Shown here: one piece after another, positions 54,459 to 64,000 of the stretch
Layout: every line of letters starts with the position of its first letter
How positions within the stretch are numbered: the first letter of the stretch is position 1
Source of the DNA: an uncultured Planctomycetota bacterium
Lineage (GTDB): Bacteria > Planctomycetota > Planctomycetia > Isosphaerales > Isosphaeraceae
Direction: 5' to 3'
Assembly (NCBI GenBank): GCA_963845755.1
Contig: CAWJTV010000041.1
Span: 256,001 to 320,000, forward strand
DNA: 64,000 nucleotides
Made by a program: the position numbers and the translations under genes
The notes under the pieces: model-generated
What the model saw: the letters and a program-made list of their open reading frames with translations, nothing else
The model's database searches: none
What the model was told of the DNA's origin: nothing

Positions 54459-54995
54459 ATGGTTCGCCAGCCTTTGACAGACCGCGTGCAAGGGCCGTTG
54501 GCCGGCTCGATCGTCCTCCGTCCCGCTCTGCCCGCGGACGAGTCATTCCTGTACCAGGTTTTTGCGAGCACCCGCGCGGAACAGATCGGGCTCGGCGACT
54601 GGGACGACGCCCAGAAGACAGTCCTTCTGAAGATGCAGTTCGGCGCCCAGAACGCCGCTTACCGTCAGGGCTTCCCGGAAGCGGGATATGAGGTGATCCT
54701 CGTCGGCGGTCAGCCGGTTGGTCGCCTCTTCATCCACCGTGGCCCCGAAGCGATCCGCGTGGTGGATGTCGGCTTGTTGTCGGAGCACCGAAACCAGGGG
54801 ATCGGCGGCGCGCTCCTGAAGGCGGTGCTGGATGAGGGCGCTGAGGCCGGCCAGCCGGTACGCCTCCACGTCGAAACGTTCAATCGGGCCGTCAGGTTGT
54901 ATGAGCGTCACGGCTTTGTGCCGATCGGTAGCGACGGCGTCCACATCGAGATGGAGTACGTTGCCGGCATTCCCGACCCAGGCCACGTTCTTTGA
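54459..54995 (+). CDS. GNAT family N-acetyltransferase
   Basis: GGAGG RBS; LRPA, QFGAQ, HRNQGIGG (acetyl-CoA motif A), NRAVRLYERHGF. Confidence 0.9.
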   Translation: MVRQPLTDRVQGPLAGSIVLRPALPADESFLYQVFASTRAEQIGLGDWDDAQKTVLLKMQFGAQNAAYRQGFPEAGYEVILVGGQPVGRLFIHRGPEAIRVVDVGLLSEHRNQGIGGALLKAVLDEGAEAGQPVRLHVETFNRAVRLYERHGFVPIGSDGVHIEMEYVAGIPDPGHVL

Positions 54996-55009
54996 GGAGA
55001 CCGACCACC

Positions 55010-56155
55010 ATGAATTCCGGTCATCGTCCGATCCGATTGGGGATCCTTGCGATCGTTTTTCTCTCCGCTCCGATGGGCCTATCTCCTTCCCGGGCGCTGG
55101 GCGGAGACGATCGCGCGAGCGAGGAGGTCCGGCATCGGCTCTATGTCGCCGAGCCGGGCATCCGCAATTACCTCGAGTACGGCGGCCATGGGCTGCTGGT
55201 CTTTGACATCGACCACGGCCATCGCTTCCTCAAGCGAATCTCGACGGCCGGCCTCGATGAGAAGAGGACTCCGATCAACGTCAAGGGAATCTGCGCCAGC
55301 GTGCAAACCCGGCGAATCTACATCAGCACCATCCGGCAGTTGATGTGCCTCGACCTGGTCTCGGAGAAGCTCCTCTGGGAGAAGACCTACGAGCAAGGAT
55401 GCGACCGGATGGCGATCACGCCGGACGGGTCGCTGATCTTCCTCCCGTCCTTCGAGGGTCCGATCTGGTATGTCGTCCGAGCGGCGGATGGGGAGGTCAT
55501 CGCGCGGATCACGCCGAGATCCGGCTCGCACAACACGATCGTCGGGCCGAACGGCAAGGAAGCCTATCTGGCCGGCTTGAATTCGCCGAACCTGACGGTC
55601 GTCGACACGCGCACGCACCAGATCGTCCGCTCGGTCGGTCCCTTCGCCGCGAGCATCCGGCCGTTCACGGTCAACGGTCCGCAGACCTACTGCTTCGTGA
55701 ATGTGAACAATCTGCTGGGCTTCGAAGTGGGCGACTTGAGGACCGGGGAAAAGCTGTATCGCGTCGAGGTGAGCGGGTTTGAAAAAGGACCGACCAAGCG
55801 TCACGGCTGTCCCAGCCATGGCATCGGCCTGACGCCCGATGACAAGGAGTTGTGGGTGACCGACGCGGCCAACAGCCGGATGCATATCTTCGACGCAACC
55901 GTCATGCCCCCGAAGCAGGTCGCCAACATCATGGTCCGCGACCAGCCGGGCTGGATCACATTCAGCATCGACGGCCGCTACGCGTATCCGTCAACCGGCG
56001 ACGTGATCGAGACCCGATCGCGCAAGATCGTCGCAGGGCTCAAGGATGAGGCCGGCCGCGACGTCCAGAGCGAGAAGATGGTCGAGATCGACTTCCGCGG
56101 GAACGAGCCTGTCCGGGCTGGCGACCAGTTCGGAATCGGGCAGGTGAGAAAATGA
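55010..56155 (+). CDS. Secreted YncE/YVTN-like beta-propeller protein
   Basis: Signal peptide; blades MAITPDG, IVGPNG, GIGLTPDDKELWV, ITFSIDGRYAY. Confidence 0.75.
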   Translation: MNSGHRPIRLGILAIVFLSAPMGLSPSRALGGDDRASEEVRHRLYVAEPGIRNYLEYGGHGLLVFDIDHGHRFLKRISTAGLDEKRTPINVKGICASVQTRRIYISTIRQLMCLDLVSEKLLWEKTYEQGCDRMAITPDGSLIFLPSFEGPIWYVVRAADGEVIARITPRSGSHNTIVGPNGKEAYLAGLNSPNLTVVDTRTHQIVRSVGPFAASIRPFTVNGPQTYCFVNVNNLLGFEVGDLRTGEKLYRVEVSGFEKGPTKRHGCPSHGIGLTPDDKELWVTDAANSRMHIFDATVMPPKQVANIMVRDQPGWITFSIDGRYAYPSTGDVIETRSRKIVAGLKDEAGRDVQSEKMVEIDFRGNEPVRAGDQFGIGQVRK

Positions 56156-56225
56156 CTCTTTCGATCCATAAAAACCGAGGAGCCTGGCGCACTCCGGGGA
56201 ACCTGCCCTCACGCCGAACCGAGCC

Positions 56226-57224
56226 TCACCGTGCCGCCTGTCGCTTGAACAGGCGGGCCAAGGTTTCATCCAGGGCCTTGCCGCGGAGGTCGATGCGGAG
56301 GATGGTCCCCTCCGGATCGATCAGGTAGGTCGCGGGGATCGAGGTGACGCCGAGGGACTCGATGAGGTCGTTGGCGCCGCCCGCGTTGTGGACCTGCCGC
56401 CAGGGGATCTTGCGCACCTTGACGAAGTCAACGACGGCCGCCTTGGACTCGTCCAGGCTGATACCGATGATCTCGAAGCCGGCATCGTGGTACGACTGAT
56501 AGGCCGCCTGGAGCCGGGGCAACTCGGCGACGCAGGGGCCGCACCACGTCGCCCAGAAATCCAGGAGGACATACTTGCCCCGGTATGCCGCGAGGCGGAT
56601 CGCCTGACCCCGGATGTCCTCCGCCGTGAAGGCCGGCACGGGCTTGCCGATCTGATCCAGCCGCTTCAGGTCGGATTGCACCTTCTGGCGCAGGTTCGGA
56701 CTGTCTTCGAACCGCGCGAGTAGGGTCGTATAGACCTGCCGGGCGGCGGCGAATTGGCCCGCGGCGATCGCCGCGCTCGCGAGCGAGTCCGAGAAGCTCG
56801 AGGCGAACTCCTCCTGCTCGTTCGGGTCGAGACCCTGGATCAGCTCGCGGTGCCGGGCCAGGGCATCGTCATAGTGGCCGGCCTGGGCCTGGCCCATCGT
56901 GAGGATGATCTGCGCCAGCGCCTTGACGGGACCGTCCGGGTCAACTTTGAGGTATTGCCCGGCGAGCTCTTCGGTCTCGGCGAACCAGTCGTGCTCGATC
57001 GCCTTGTTGAAGAGCGCGGCGTACGCTTGCTCGCGATCGTCGGCCTTGGGGTTCTTGACGAGGTACTCGGCCAGCTCCCGAAGGAAGGCGCGGTCGTGTC
57101 GGGCCTGGATCTCGGCGACGCTCCGCGCAGGGGGCTCCGCGCCGGACGTCGCGGACACGGCCGCCAGAACCAGGATCGAGGCGATGAATGTGGTACTCGT
57201 TTTCACGATTTTGAACCTCTTCAC
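56226..57224 (-). CDS. TlpA-like thiol-disulfide reductase (redoxin) with an N-terminal helical domain
   Basis: GKYVLLDFWATWCGPC, IPATYLIDPEG; signal peptide. Confidence 0.9.
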   Translation of the reverse strand: MKRFKIVKTSTTFIASILVLAAVSATSGAEPPARSVAEIQARHDRAFLRELAEYLVKNPKADDREQAYAALFNKAIEHDWFAETEELAGQYLKVDPDGPVKALAQIILTMGQAQAGHYDDALARHRELIQGLDPNEQEEFASSFSDSLASAAIAAGQFAAARQVYTTLLARFEDSPNLRQKVQSDLKRLDQIGKPVPAFTAEDIRGQAIRLAAYRGKYVLLDFWATWCGPCVAELPRLQAAYQSYHDAGFEIIGISLDESKAAVVDFVKVRKIPWRQVHNAGGANDLIESLGVTSIPATYLIDPEGTILRIDLRGKALDETLARLFKRQAAR

Positions 57225-58728
57225 GCGAGGGTTGGTGTAGAACGGACCTCCCTTGTGGCGCCGGCATCTCGTCTTCGCGCCGGCCCCTCGGTTCGGGCCG
57301 GGTCTCCTGGACTGCGCCAGACCGTTCGTAATGGCTTACGGACCGCGGACCGCCGGCCAACGGACACCGAGCGAGCGATCAGCTCGCGCCAGAGGTTGCA
57401 GCAGAGGGTTTTCTCGTAGTTCGCGAGGAAGGCCGACCGGCCCCGCTCGCCCATCCGCCGCGCCAGGGTGGGGTCGGCCGCCAGACGAGTCAGCGAAGCG
57501 ACCAGTCCCTCGTCGTCCCCGGGCGCGATGGTCATGCCGCAGCCGACGTGCCGGATCGTATCGGCCGTCTCGCAATGCTCCGGCCCGACGAAGACGGCCG
57601 GCCGGCCCGCCGCCATCACGCCGTAGAGCTTCCCGGCGCGACGATCCCGGTCATCTGGGGCCGCATCGAGATCAGGTGGACATCGGCCATCGAGAGCGAG
57701 ACGTGCAACTGAGACCGCGGCACATATTCCAGAAAGCGCACGTTCGCCAGGCCCTCGCGTTCCTGGATGGCCTTCACCTCGCCCAATCGCGGCCCGTCCC
57801 CGACGAAAAAGAAGACGATGTCGTTCCGATCACGGAGCCGGCGCGCGGCCGCCAGGAATTCCTCGAACGAGTGGGCCAGTCCGAGGTTGCCAGAATACAT
57901 CGCGACGAACGCATCGCCCAGTCCCATCGACTTGCGGAGCCAGTTGGCCGCCCGCGGAATCGGGTAGATCTCGTCGCGACGGCTCCAGACCGGGATGGTC
58001 TGGATCCGGTCCGCCTCGACCCGTTTCAGGGCGATCCGGTCGGCCATGTACGGCCCGAGGACGACCACCCGGTCCGCCTGTCGGTAGACGAATCCGCTGA
58101 GCCAGTGAAAACCCCGGCTGACCGGATGGCGCGGGGACATCCGCCCCAACGCCAGGCTCGCATCCGGGTGCAGGTCCATGCTCCAGTAGACGTGCGGCGT
58201 CCCCTTGAGCCATTTCAGGAGCGTGCCGACGAGGCCGATGATCGGGGGCGTCGTGAGGGTGATTACGGCGTCGAAGCGGGGGAGGAGCATGGCCTTGATC
58301 ACGGCCCCCGCGTAGAAGCTCAGATAGTCGGTCATCCGGGCCCAGGTGCCGCGACGCCCGAGCGAGGTCGCGGGCATCCTATGGATCCGCACTCCTTCGT
58401 GGATTTCGGAGGAGGCCGGCTTCGGCTCGCCCGGCTGGTAGCGGCTCCGGGAGCACAGGACGTGGCACTCGTAACCGCGCTCCGCCATCGATTCGGCCAG
58501 GTCGGTCAGGTGCTGGGCCGTCGAGGCATGATCGGGCCAGTAATACTGGTTGATGAACAGGACCCGCTTGCCTGTACCTTCGAGAGAACTCCGGACGCCC
58601 GAGTGTGGAGCTGGCGGGATACGCCCCGCTCCGGGATCGATGCCGATCCGATGGCGGGCCGCTCGGTCCTGGGTCGTGGCTTCGGATATCGCGGGCAGGG
58701 TGCGTCGGAACCACCGTCGATGGCTCAC
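57221..58728 (-). CDS. Glycosyltransferase family 4 (WcaI-like); frameshift near 57625, start uncertain
   Basis: VLFINQYYWPD, TTPP, MDLHPD, MYSGNLGLAH, VGDG; continues as G.MAAGRPAV in the 57221-57619 frame. Confidence 0.85.
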
Positions 58729-58766
58729 CGTTTCCCTCCGTGGAGTCGGCGCATAGGAATGGCTCT

Positions 58767-58831
58767 GTAGGGAGCTCTGCGAGCACCGATGCCGTTCGCC
58801 GCGCCCGACCGGTGCCCACAGAGCTTCCTAC
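58767..58831. repeat. GTAG-type REP palindrome
   Basis: GTAGGGAGCTCTGCGAGCACCG ... CGGTGCCCACAGAGCTTCCTAC. Confidence 0.75.
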
Positions 58832-58842
58832 TCGACCGGAGC

Positions 58843-59772
58843 TCAGACGTTGGCGAACGGATTCTGGAACTCGATCAGCTTGACCGCGCGGACGAGCTCG
58901 GCGACGCCGCGATCGAGGTCGATTGTGGTCTCGAAGCCGCGCTTGCGGATCTTTTCGTAGGAGACTTCATAGTTGCGCTGATCGGCGTCGGTGCCGACCT
59001 CGGCGAAATGGAGGTAGTAATCGACGTGCTCGAGGATCTTACGCGCCACGTCCTCCTTGGTGAAGTTCATGCTCTCGTGGCCGACGTTGTAGACGTCGTC
59101 CTTGATCTCATTCCAGCGTTCCAGCGCGAAGATGAACGAGCGGGCCATGTCGCGGACGTGGACGAAAGTCCGCTTGAACCCCCCCTCGTAGACGATCAGG
59201 TTGCGGTTACGCACGGCCTGGTAGGTGAAGTCGTTGGGCATGAGGTCGAGCCGCATGCGATTGCTGACGCCGAACGCCGTGGCGAACCGGTAGGCGACGC
59301 CGTTTCCGGCATCAAGGACCATCTGCTCGGCCGCGGCCTTGGTCTCGCCGTAGAGCGTGATCGGCGCGCGGGGAGTCTCCTCGTTGCAGACATAGTCGGG
59401 GATCGATCCGTAGATGCTGCCCGTCGAGGCGAAGAGGAACTTCTGGTCGGGCTTGCGATGCCGGAGCAGGTTGGCGGTCCCGTAGACGTTGACGGCCTGG
59501 GCGACCTGCGGCTCCTTCTTGCACGCCGGGTATCCCACGATGGCGGCCAGGTGGATCACCGCGTCGATCCCGTCCAGGGCCGTCTTGACCGTCGCGGGAT
59601 CGCACACGTCGCCCTTGACCAGCTCGAAGAAGCGATTCGAGCAGCAAGGGAGCAGGCCGTGGCCGCCGAACTTCAAGGTGTCCAGGACCCGGACCCGATG
59701 GCCCTGGTCCAGCAGCATCGGGACCATCGCCGAGCCGACGTAACCGGCTCCGCCGGTAACGAGTATTCGCAT
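58843..59772 (-). CDS. NAD-dependent epimerase/dehydratase (extended SDR)
   Basis: MRILVTGGAGYVGS, HLAAIVG, STGSIYG, YGETK. Confidence 0.92.
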   Translation of the reverse strand: MRILVTGGAGYVGSAMVPMLLDQGHRVRVLDTLKFGGHGLLPCCSNRFFELVKGDVCDPATVKTALDGIDAVIHLAAIVGYPACKKEPQVAQAVNVYGTANLLRHRKPDQKFLFASTGSIYGSIPDYVCNEETPRAPITLYGETKAAAEQMVLDAGNGVAYRFATAFGVSNRMRLDLMPNDFTYQAVRNRNLIVYEGGFKRTFVHVRDMARSFIFALERWNEIKDDVYNVGHESMNFTKEDVARKILEHVDYYLHFAEVGTDADQRNYEVSYEKIRKRGFETTIDLDRGVAELVRAVKLIEFQNPFANV

Positions 59773-59982
59773 CGCAGGCTCCATCCTGGGTGTCTCGAAG
59801 CGCGCCTGGAACGTCGAGGGGGTGAGGGACTGAATCGTCCGGCAAGGCGAGACGGGCAAGTCTACACGCCAGGCCCTCGTCCTTGCGGGCTTTCCATCGT
59901 GTTGCTCAGGGCGACAGGCGATCGTCCGTGACTCCATGACGAGCGGCCTGCTCATCACCGGGAGTCGTCCTGTCCGGGCGAC

Positions 59983-60011
59983 ACTATCGCCGAGCCAGCA
60001 ACGCCTGTCAA
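59983..60011 (-). promoter_or_regulatory. Candidate sigma70 promoter for the epimerase-GT4-redoxin genes
   Basis: TTGACA-17 nt-GATAGT on the minus strand. Confidence 0.4.
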
Positions 60012-60129
60012 CGCCACTTTGCTGGGGTGGCTCGGTCGATTCCGATCCCATCCGTCCGGATGGACCATCCCCGGGAAAGCGATCGAGATCCCGCGCCGAG
60101 CGGCGACAGCTTGCCAGGTTTTCGACCGA

Positions 60130-60259
60130 TTCCAGGTGTTCCAGGTCTGCGAGATCTTGCAACCGACCGGCTGCCCGCTCGTTCTGCGATATCCTTGGTG
60201 TAGCGAGGATGCCCGTGGAAGGGGACGGCGTATCCGTCCAGGATCAGTTAACGGACGTT
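60130..60259 (-). pseudogene. Internally deleted nucleotidyltransferase (DUF6036-like) remnant
   Basis: NVR*LILDGYAVPFHGHPRYTKDI followed directly, in another frame, by NERAAGRLQDLADLEHL. Confidence 0.7.
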
Positions 60260-60452
60260 ATTCTTGATTAATAATTCGAAGAACTCTTTGAAAGCCGGGT
60301 TCCGTTCCATACTTCCAAAGGTGGTACTCCCTCCGGATGGATTCCAGCGCCGCCAGACGCTCCTGAGGCGTACGGGACTGCCAGAACGCCAAGTCGCTTC
60401 CCTGCTCCTCAGTCTTCACCCTTCGCACTTGGGTCCGATCGATACGCTCCAT
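60258..60452 (-). CDS. Small protein of a family usually encoded upstream of nucleotidyltransferases (putative antitoxin or partner)
   Basis: 64 aa; DLAFWQSRTPQERLAALESIR and FQRVLRII motifs; abuts the nucleotidyltransferase remnant. Confidence 0.65.
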   Translation of the reverse strand: MERIDRTQVRRVKTEEQGSDLAFWQSRTPQERLAALESIRREYHLWKYGTEPGFQRVLRIINQE

Positions 60453-60687
60453 GGCCGGCGCCGTTCCGTCGACGTGATCGCCAATGTCGTGCTATTCATT
60501 ATAGCAGGGAACCGGCCGTCGGTCTTCACCGGCTTCCCGGTATAATCTCGAGATTCGGACGTTGAGCGGTTCACAGGAAACCGGTCGTTCCCCGTAGGGT
60601 GAACCCACGAACGCGGTTTGAAAGGTCCCGTCCGACCGGGCATGGCAAAGTCCGAAGTCCAGTTGATGCAAACGGAGGATGGTGAGA

Positions 60688-62527
<1,840 letters not shown>

Positions 62528-62543
62528 GCCGCCAGGGAATGAA

Positions 62544-62577
62544 ACGAGATCCCGGATCCGAGCATCCGGGATCTCGT
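62544..62577. terminator. 14-bp hairpin between convergent genes
   Basis: ACGAGATCCCGGAT-CCGAGC-ATCCGGGATCTCGT. Confidence 0.6.
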
Positions 62578-62608
62578 CGGTTCGGTGTGGCCTCGAGCTC
62601 GGGGACGT

Positions 62609-63252
62609 TCAATTCTGCTCGTACTTGATCTCGAAGGGGGTGCCGAGGATCTCCTTCCAGGACTTCTGTTGCTCGTCGTTCAGCTTGGCGACGACCTTCT
62701 CGAGCGTCTTCTTGCGCAGCTCGGTCATCTTCTTCATGCGCTCTTCCTGGTCGTCCTGGTTCTCCTGGAAGATCGTGCGCATCTCCTGCATCGACTCCGT
62801 GTTGATCGTTTCAATGTCTTTCTTTTGATCGTCCGTCAGGTTCAACTTCTTGGTGACCTCCGGATCCGTGAAGGCTTGCGCCCACGCACCTGGTGGGAGA
62901 TCTCCTTGAGCCGAGTGATCTGCTCGGGCTTGAGGAACTCGCCGGCCGCCTTGAGTGTCGCCGCGTTGACTTCGCGGTTGATCTCCGTGAACTTGGCACG
63001 CCGCTCTTCGGGCTCGAGGTCTTGAAGGCCCTGGAACTTCTCGCGCATCTCCTCACCGGTCTTCTCGGAGAGCTCCTTGGCCTTTTCGACCTGCTTGTCA
63101 TCGAGCTTCAGCTCCTTCTGGACGCTCTCATTGCCCAGCAGGAAGTGCAGGCTGCCGCCCATGCGGCCGAAGCCGCGGCCTTGTGCGGAGGCCGAGGTGG
63201 TCAGCAGGGCGACGAGGCCCAGACCGAGGAGGGACGTCAACATGGTTTTCAT
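62609..63252 (-). CDS. Secreted helical protein with Spy/CpxP-like (LTxxQ) repeats; frameshift near 62880
   Basis: Signal peptide MKTMLTSLLGLGLVALLTTSASA; VQKELKLDDKQ, LKPEQITRLKEI, LNLTDDQK, LNDEQQKSWKEILG. Confidence 0.75.
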
Positions 63253-63361
63253 CGGGTCGAACTCCTGGAATTGATGGCGGAAACTCGGGACATAGGATCG
63301 TTGCGGAAGGGATCCATCAGACGGGAATCGGAAATCGGACGTCCCCCAACCCAGGCGAGCA

Positions 63362-63389
63362 AGATCCCGGAACCGCAGGTCCGGGATCT
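63362..63389. terminator. Hairpin related to the one at 62544
   Basis: AGATCCCGGA ... TCCGGGATCT. Confidence 0.45.
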
Positions 63390-63475
63390 CGCCAAGGTCG
63401 TGGTTGGGATGGCACCGATCCCATCCGGCCATGCTAGCGACGGGACCGGCTGGGAGAAGCGACCGTCCGTCTCAG

Positions 63476-64000
63476 TTATTGAGGACGGGGCTCGTAGACG
63501 ATGGTGAACGGGGCGCCGATGAGTTCCTTCCAGGTCTTTTGCTGCTCGTCGTTCAGCTTCGACGTGGCCTGGGAGAGCGCCTCCTTGGTCACTTCCTGCA
63601 TCTTCTTCATCGCGGCTTCCGGGTCGCTCTGGCGGTCCTCCCGGCTGGGCATCTTCTCGCGCATATCCTGGGCGATCGTCTGGATGTCGCTCTTCTGGCT
63701 GTCGGTCAGGTTGAGCTTCTTGGCGACCTCCGGATCGCTGAAGGCCATGAGTCCCTGCTGCTGATAGGCGATCTGCTTGAGCCGGGCGATTTGCTCGGCC
63801 TTGAGGAACTCGCCGGCGGCCTTGAGCGCTGCGTCGTTCCTCTCCTTCGTGAGTTCCCGACGCTTGTTCTGTTGCTCTTCGCCCTCGAGTCCCTGGAGGG
63901 CCTCACGGATTTCTTGGCCTTTCTCACGGTCCTTGTCGGCCACCTCCTTGGCCTTCTCGATCTGCTGATCGTCGAGCTTCAGCTCCTTCTGAACGCTCGC
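63476..64000 (-). CDS. Paralog of the preceding LTxxQ-like protein; 5' end lies outside the window
   Basis: SVQKELKLDDQQIEKAKE, LKAEQIARLKQI, LNLTDSQK, LNDEQQKTWKELIGAPF. Confidence 0.8.
   Translation of the reverse strand, partial: ASVQKELKLDDQQIEKAKEVADKDREKGQEIREALQGLEGEEQQNKRRELTKERNDAALKAAGEFLKAEQIARLKQIAYQQQGLMAFSDPEVAKKLNLTDSQKSDIQTIAQDMREKMPSREDRQSDPEAAMKKMQEVTKEALSQATSKLNDEQQKTWKELIGAPFTIVYEPRPQ

Noticed and set aside
59773..60162. N-terminal extension of the epimerase ORF (439 aa)
   Set aside because: It spans the promoter region and the NTase remnant; the Rossmann motif starts at ATG 59772.
60480..60687. Canonical glmS ribozyme
   Set aside because: The conserved core (AGCGCC at the cleavage site, GACGAGG) is not present upstream of glmS.

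Overview
GC-rich bacterial DNA, very probably from a planctomycete (Isosphaeraceae-like). The assignment rests on a DUF1559 gene, a LExRxLL extracellular motif, an ECF-sigma/Ser-Thr kinase pair and typical REP-like palindromes. Many genes, including the normally essential glmS, are broken by apparent single-base deletions. These look like long-read errors, so genes are reported as reconstructed units. In order, the window holds: a GH5 hydrolase, DUF1559 and ThuA/F5-8 genes; an AT-richer two-gene island (about 1000-aa N6-adenine methyltransferase plus a ComEC-type MBL hydrolase) that is a candidate undescribed defence system; and an ECF sigma-kinase pair divergent from an 18.5-kb (about 6170-aa) secreted protein built from beta-helix, LRR-like, PPC, internal RHS, dockerin, polyglycine and S53 protease modules. 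These are followed by DUF4175-like, prenyltransferase-repeat, duplicated HlyD-like and ABC genes; a REP-rich cluster of PEP-CTERM, AlkP-TPR-sulfotransferase, TIGR03032 remnant, three tail-collar, DUF6916 and GNAT genes; then redoxin, GT4, epimerase, a decayed nucleotidyltransferase module, glmS with a structured leader, and two tandem secreted helical paralogs. I saw no rRNA, tRNA, CRISPR array, integrase or transposase. Family names come from motif recognition by eye, not from database searches.
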